A stretch of DNA of 63,876 nucleotides, filler included, from Octopus bimaculoides (lineage: Eukaryota): the NCBI RefSeq assembly GCF_001194135.2. It is 5 parts of 5 records of this genome, joined end to end, with 100 filler letters (N's around TTAATTAATTAA, not from the genome) between each part and the next. Parts side by side here need not be neighbours in the genome. Positions count along the whole stretch, not along the records: positions 53,032 to 62,120 come from NC_069005.1; positions 62,221 to 63,876 come from NC_068983.1; 3 more parts are not named here. One strand, given 5' to 3'. Under the pieces are notes generated by a model. It had not been told where the DNA came from and searched no databases. It worked only from the letters and a program-made list of their open reading frames with translations. Each line of letters opens with the position of its first letter. Positions within the stretch are counted from its first letter, which is position 1. Shown here one piece after another: positions 61,758-63,876 of this stretch. A program made the position numbers and the translations under genes.

Positions 61758-62220
61758 GATCTAGTTCAAAACGGGGGTACCAGTATTTTCTTAACGAAAC
61801 ACTAACAAAACACTTTGAAACTTGGGACACTGGTAGAATGTGTCATATAAAACATCTGTTACTCTTAGTCTTCTTAACAAAAAAAGCGTACATCGCAAGT
61901 TATTCCGTGTTAAAGTTGTCGTATTTCTGTAATTTCAACCAATCACTGACGTCTATTCAGCTGAATAGAGTTACTGCTGGGCGGTCATAAAAATGTTATT
62001 CCCTGTGACATATTTCATCTGGTTTAATCGTAATTTATACGCATATATTGTTTATATAATAAATTACGCTGTGCATATCTATGTGTGTAACAATTTTAGA
62101 GTTCGGATTCTAAAGTTAGGNNNNNNNNNNNNNNNNNNNNNNNNNNNNNNNNNNNNNNNNNNNNTTAATTAATTAANNNNNNNNNNNNNNNNNNNNNNNN
62201 NNNNNNNNNNNNNNNNNNNN

Positions 62221-62255
<35 letters not shown>

Positions 62256-62339
62256 ACTTGGGGATGGTCATATTGCCAGTTTAGCCAATACACATATATG
62301 CATACATATACATATATGTAGACATATACATATATGTAT

Positions 62340-62443
<104 letters not shown>

Positions 62444-62447
62444 GTGT

Positions 62448-62758
62448 GAAGACACATGGCTCAGTGGCTAGGGCGTCGGACTCACAATCATGAGGTAGTG
62501 AGTTCGATTCCCAGAGGAGGCTGTGTGTTGTGTTCTTGAGCAAGACACTTTATTTCACGTTGCATCACTTCACTAGTAATGAGTTTCGACGTCACTGGTG
62601 CCAAGCTGTATCTGCCTTTGCTTTTCCCTTGGATAACATCGGTGACGTGGAAATGGGCGTCTGGTGTGCATGGACAACTGCTGGTCTTCCATAAACAACC
62701 TTGCCCGGACTTGTGTCTTGGAGGGAAACTTTCTAGGTGCAATCTCGTGGTCTATCAA
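62448..62758 (+). mobile_element. SINE family D (tRNA head, CORE-like TTGAGCAAGACACTT)
   Basis: GGCTCAGTGGCTAGGGCGTCGGAC..GAGTTCGATTCCC A/B boxes. Confidence 0.8.
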
Positions 62759-62770
62759 ACACACACACAC

Positions 62771-62803
<33 letters not shown>

Positions 62804-62907
62804 TATNNNNNNNNNNNNNNNNNNNNNNNNNNNNNNNNNNNNNNNNNNNNNNNNNNNNNNNNNNNNNNNNNNNNNNNNNNNNNNNNNNNNNNNNNNNNNN
62901 NNNNNNA

Positions 62908-62938
<31 letters not shown>

Positions 62939-63605
62939 ATCTGTCTGTCTGTCCCTCCGTTCGGTTGTTTGTCTGTCTCTATCGTGGGCACTTTAATACC
63001 TCACAACGAACAAGGGTTTTTTCTTGGTTGGGAATCCTCAGGTATTTTCAATAGGGGCAATGTTGTGTCGTTTATTTTAATATATTCTATTTTTCAATTT
63101 TAGTATGGAGAATTTAAATGCTCAAGTTTATAGGAATGTTTTTCTATACATCTGTGTATGCTCTTTGTGCTTGTGCGATTGTCTGATTGTGTGCACGCGT
63201 GTGTATATGTCTGTGTGCATACATGCTTATTATGCATATATTTGTATTCGTTTATGAAGAAAGGATATAAAATATGTAGTTTTTTCATTAGAGTTAGAAT
63301 GATTTTTGTTGTTATTGGAAATTACTCCATATAAATCGTTTTTGTTTAATTCATGAAAATTACGAGGCCAAAAATGTTTGAAATCTTTTTCATATAAGTC
63401 TCTTGGCCATTGGAGGTAAGGTAGCATAATTGTCATCCTGATGATATCTATTTAAGTAGAAACACATAGATACGGCTGACTGCTTAAAAGGACAGATGAT
63501 CTCTTTCCTCATGAGGAGCTGATCAAAGTTGGCATTTGGTTATTGTGACACATCCTCTTGAGATAATTTTTAATAAATCAAAAATTTATATTGGATGTCA
63601 TGTAC

Positions 63606-63606
<1 letters not shown>

Positions 63607-63667
<61 letters not shown>

Positions 63668-63775
63668 GTACCTATCTATCTATCTATCTATCTATCTATC
63701 TCTGTAAGTATGTAAGTATGTATGTATATATGTATGTATGTATATATATATATATATATATATCCGTATGTACGT
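63607..63775. repeat. (TATC)n then (TATG)/(TA)n microsatellite
   Basis: Direct reading. Confidence 0.95.
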
Positions 63776-63876
63776 GAATGTTCATATAAGGTAAACAAAA
63801 TTACAAACAAGTATTCGTTCATCGAACGATGGATTCTATAAAAGATACATAAAATTTGACGAAATATGTGATAATG

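Noticed and set aside
63230-63436. 68-aa minus-strand ORF (PYLQWPRDLYEKDFKHFWPRNF..)
   Set aside because: No recognisable motif, length within chance expectation, and antisense to the UBE2J2 intron.

Overview
This is AT-rich, microsatellite-dense, intron-bearing animal genomic DNA from a draft assembly. About 8 kb (~12%) is N gaps, and there are four artificial 100-bp spacers (44N-TTAATTAATTAA-44N). The repeat landscape looks like an Octopus genome; that is inferred from remembered repeat families, not verified. One protein-coding gene is confidently recognisable: UBE2J2/Ubc6-type ubiquitin-conjugating enzyme E2 on the + strand. Five GT-AG-consistent coding exons are visible (55058-55097 partial, 56208-56248, 57438-57540, 59053-59143, 61132-61179) and join in frame to ...[107 protein letters not shown]. 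The start codon lies in a gap, and the 3' exons are in a gap or outside the window. The rest is repeat debris: at least five SINE-like families, two inverted mariner copies, a Tc1 5' end, Tx1-, R4/Dong- and RTE-like LINE fragments, MITEs and many microsatellites. Almost all supplied ORFs are gap or microsatellite artefacts. The most interesting unexplained signal is that each of the three large fold-back palindromes (23.5, 58.0 and 61.3 kb) carries or abuts a minimal hammerhead-ribozyme-like motif of the Penelope/retrozyme type, and further decayed copies are scattered through the window. Other notable points are inverted SINE pairs bracketing UBE2J2 exons (candidate dsRNA/circRNA), a stack of R4/Dong-like insertions in (AAT)n, and a sharp CpG-depletion domain over the gene. 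No prokaryotic system, CRISPR array, rRNA or intact transposase/RT gene is present.
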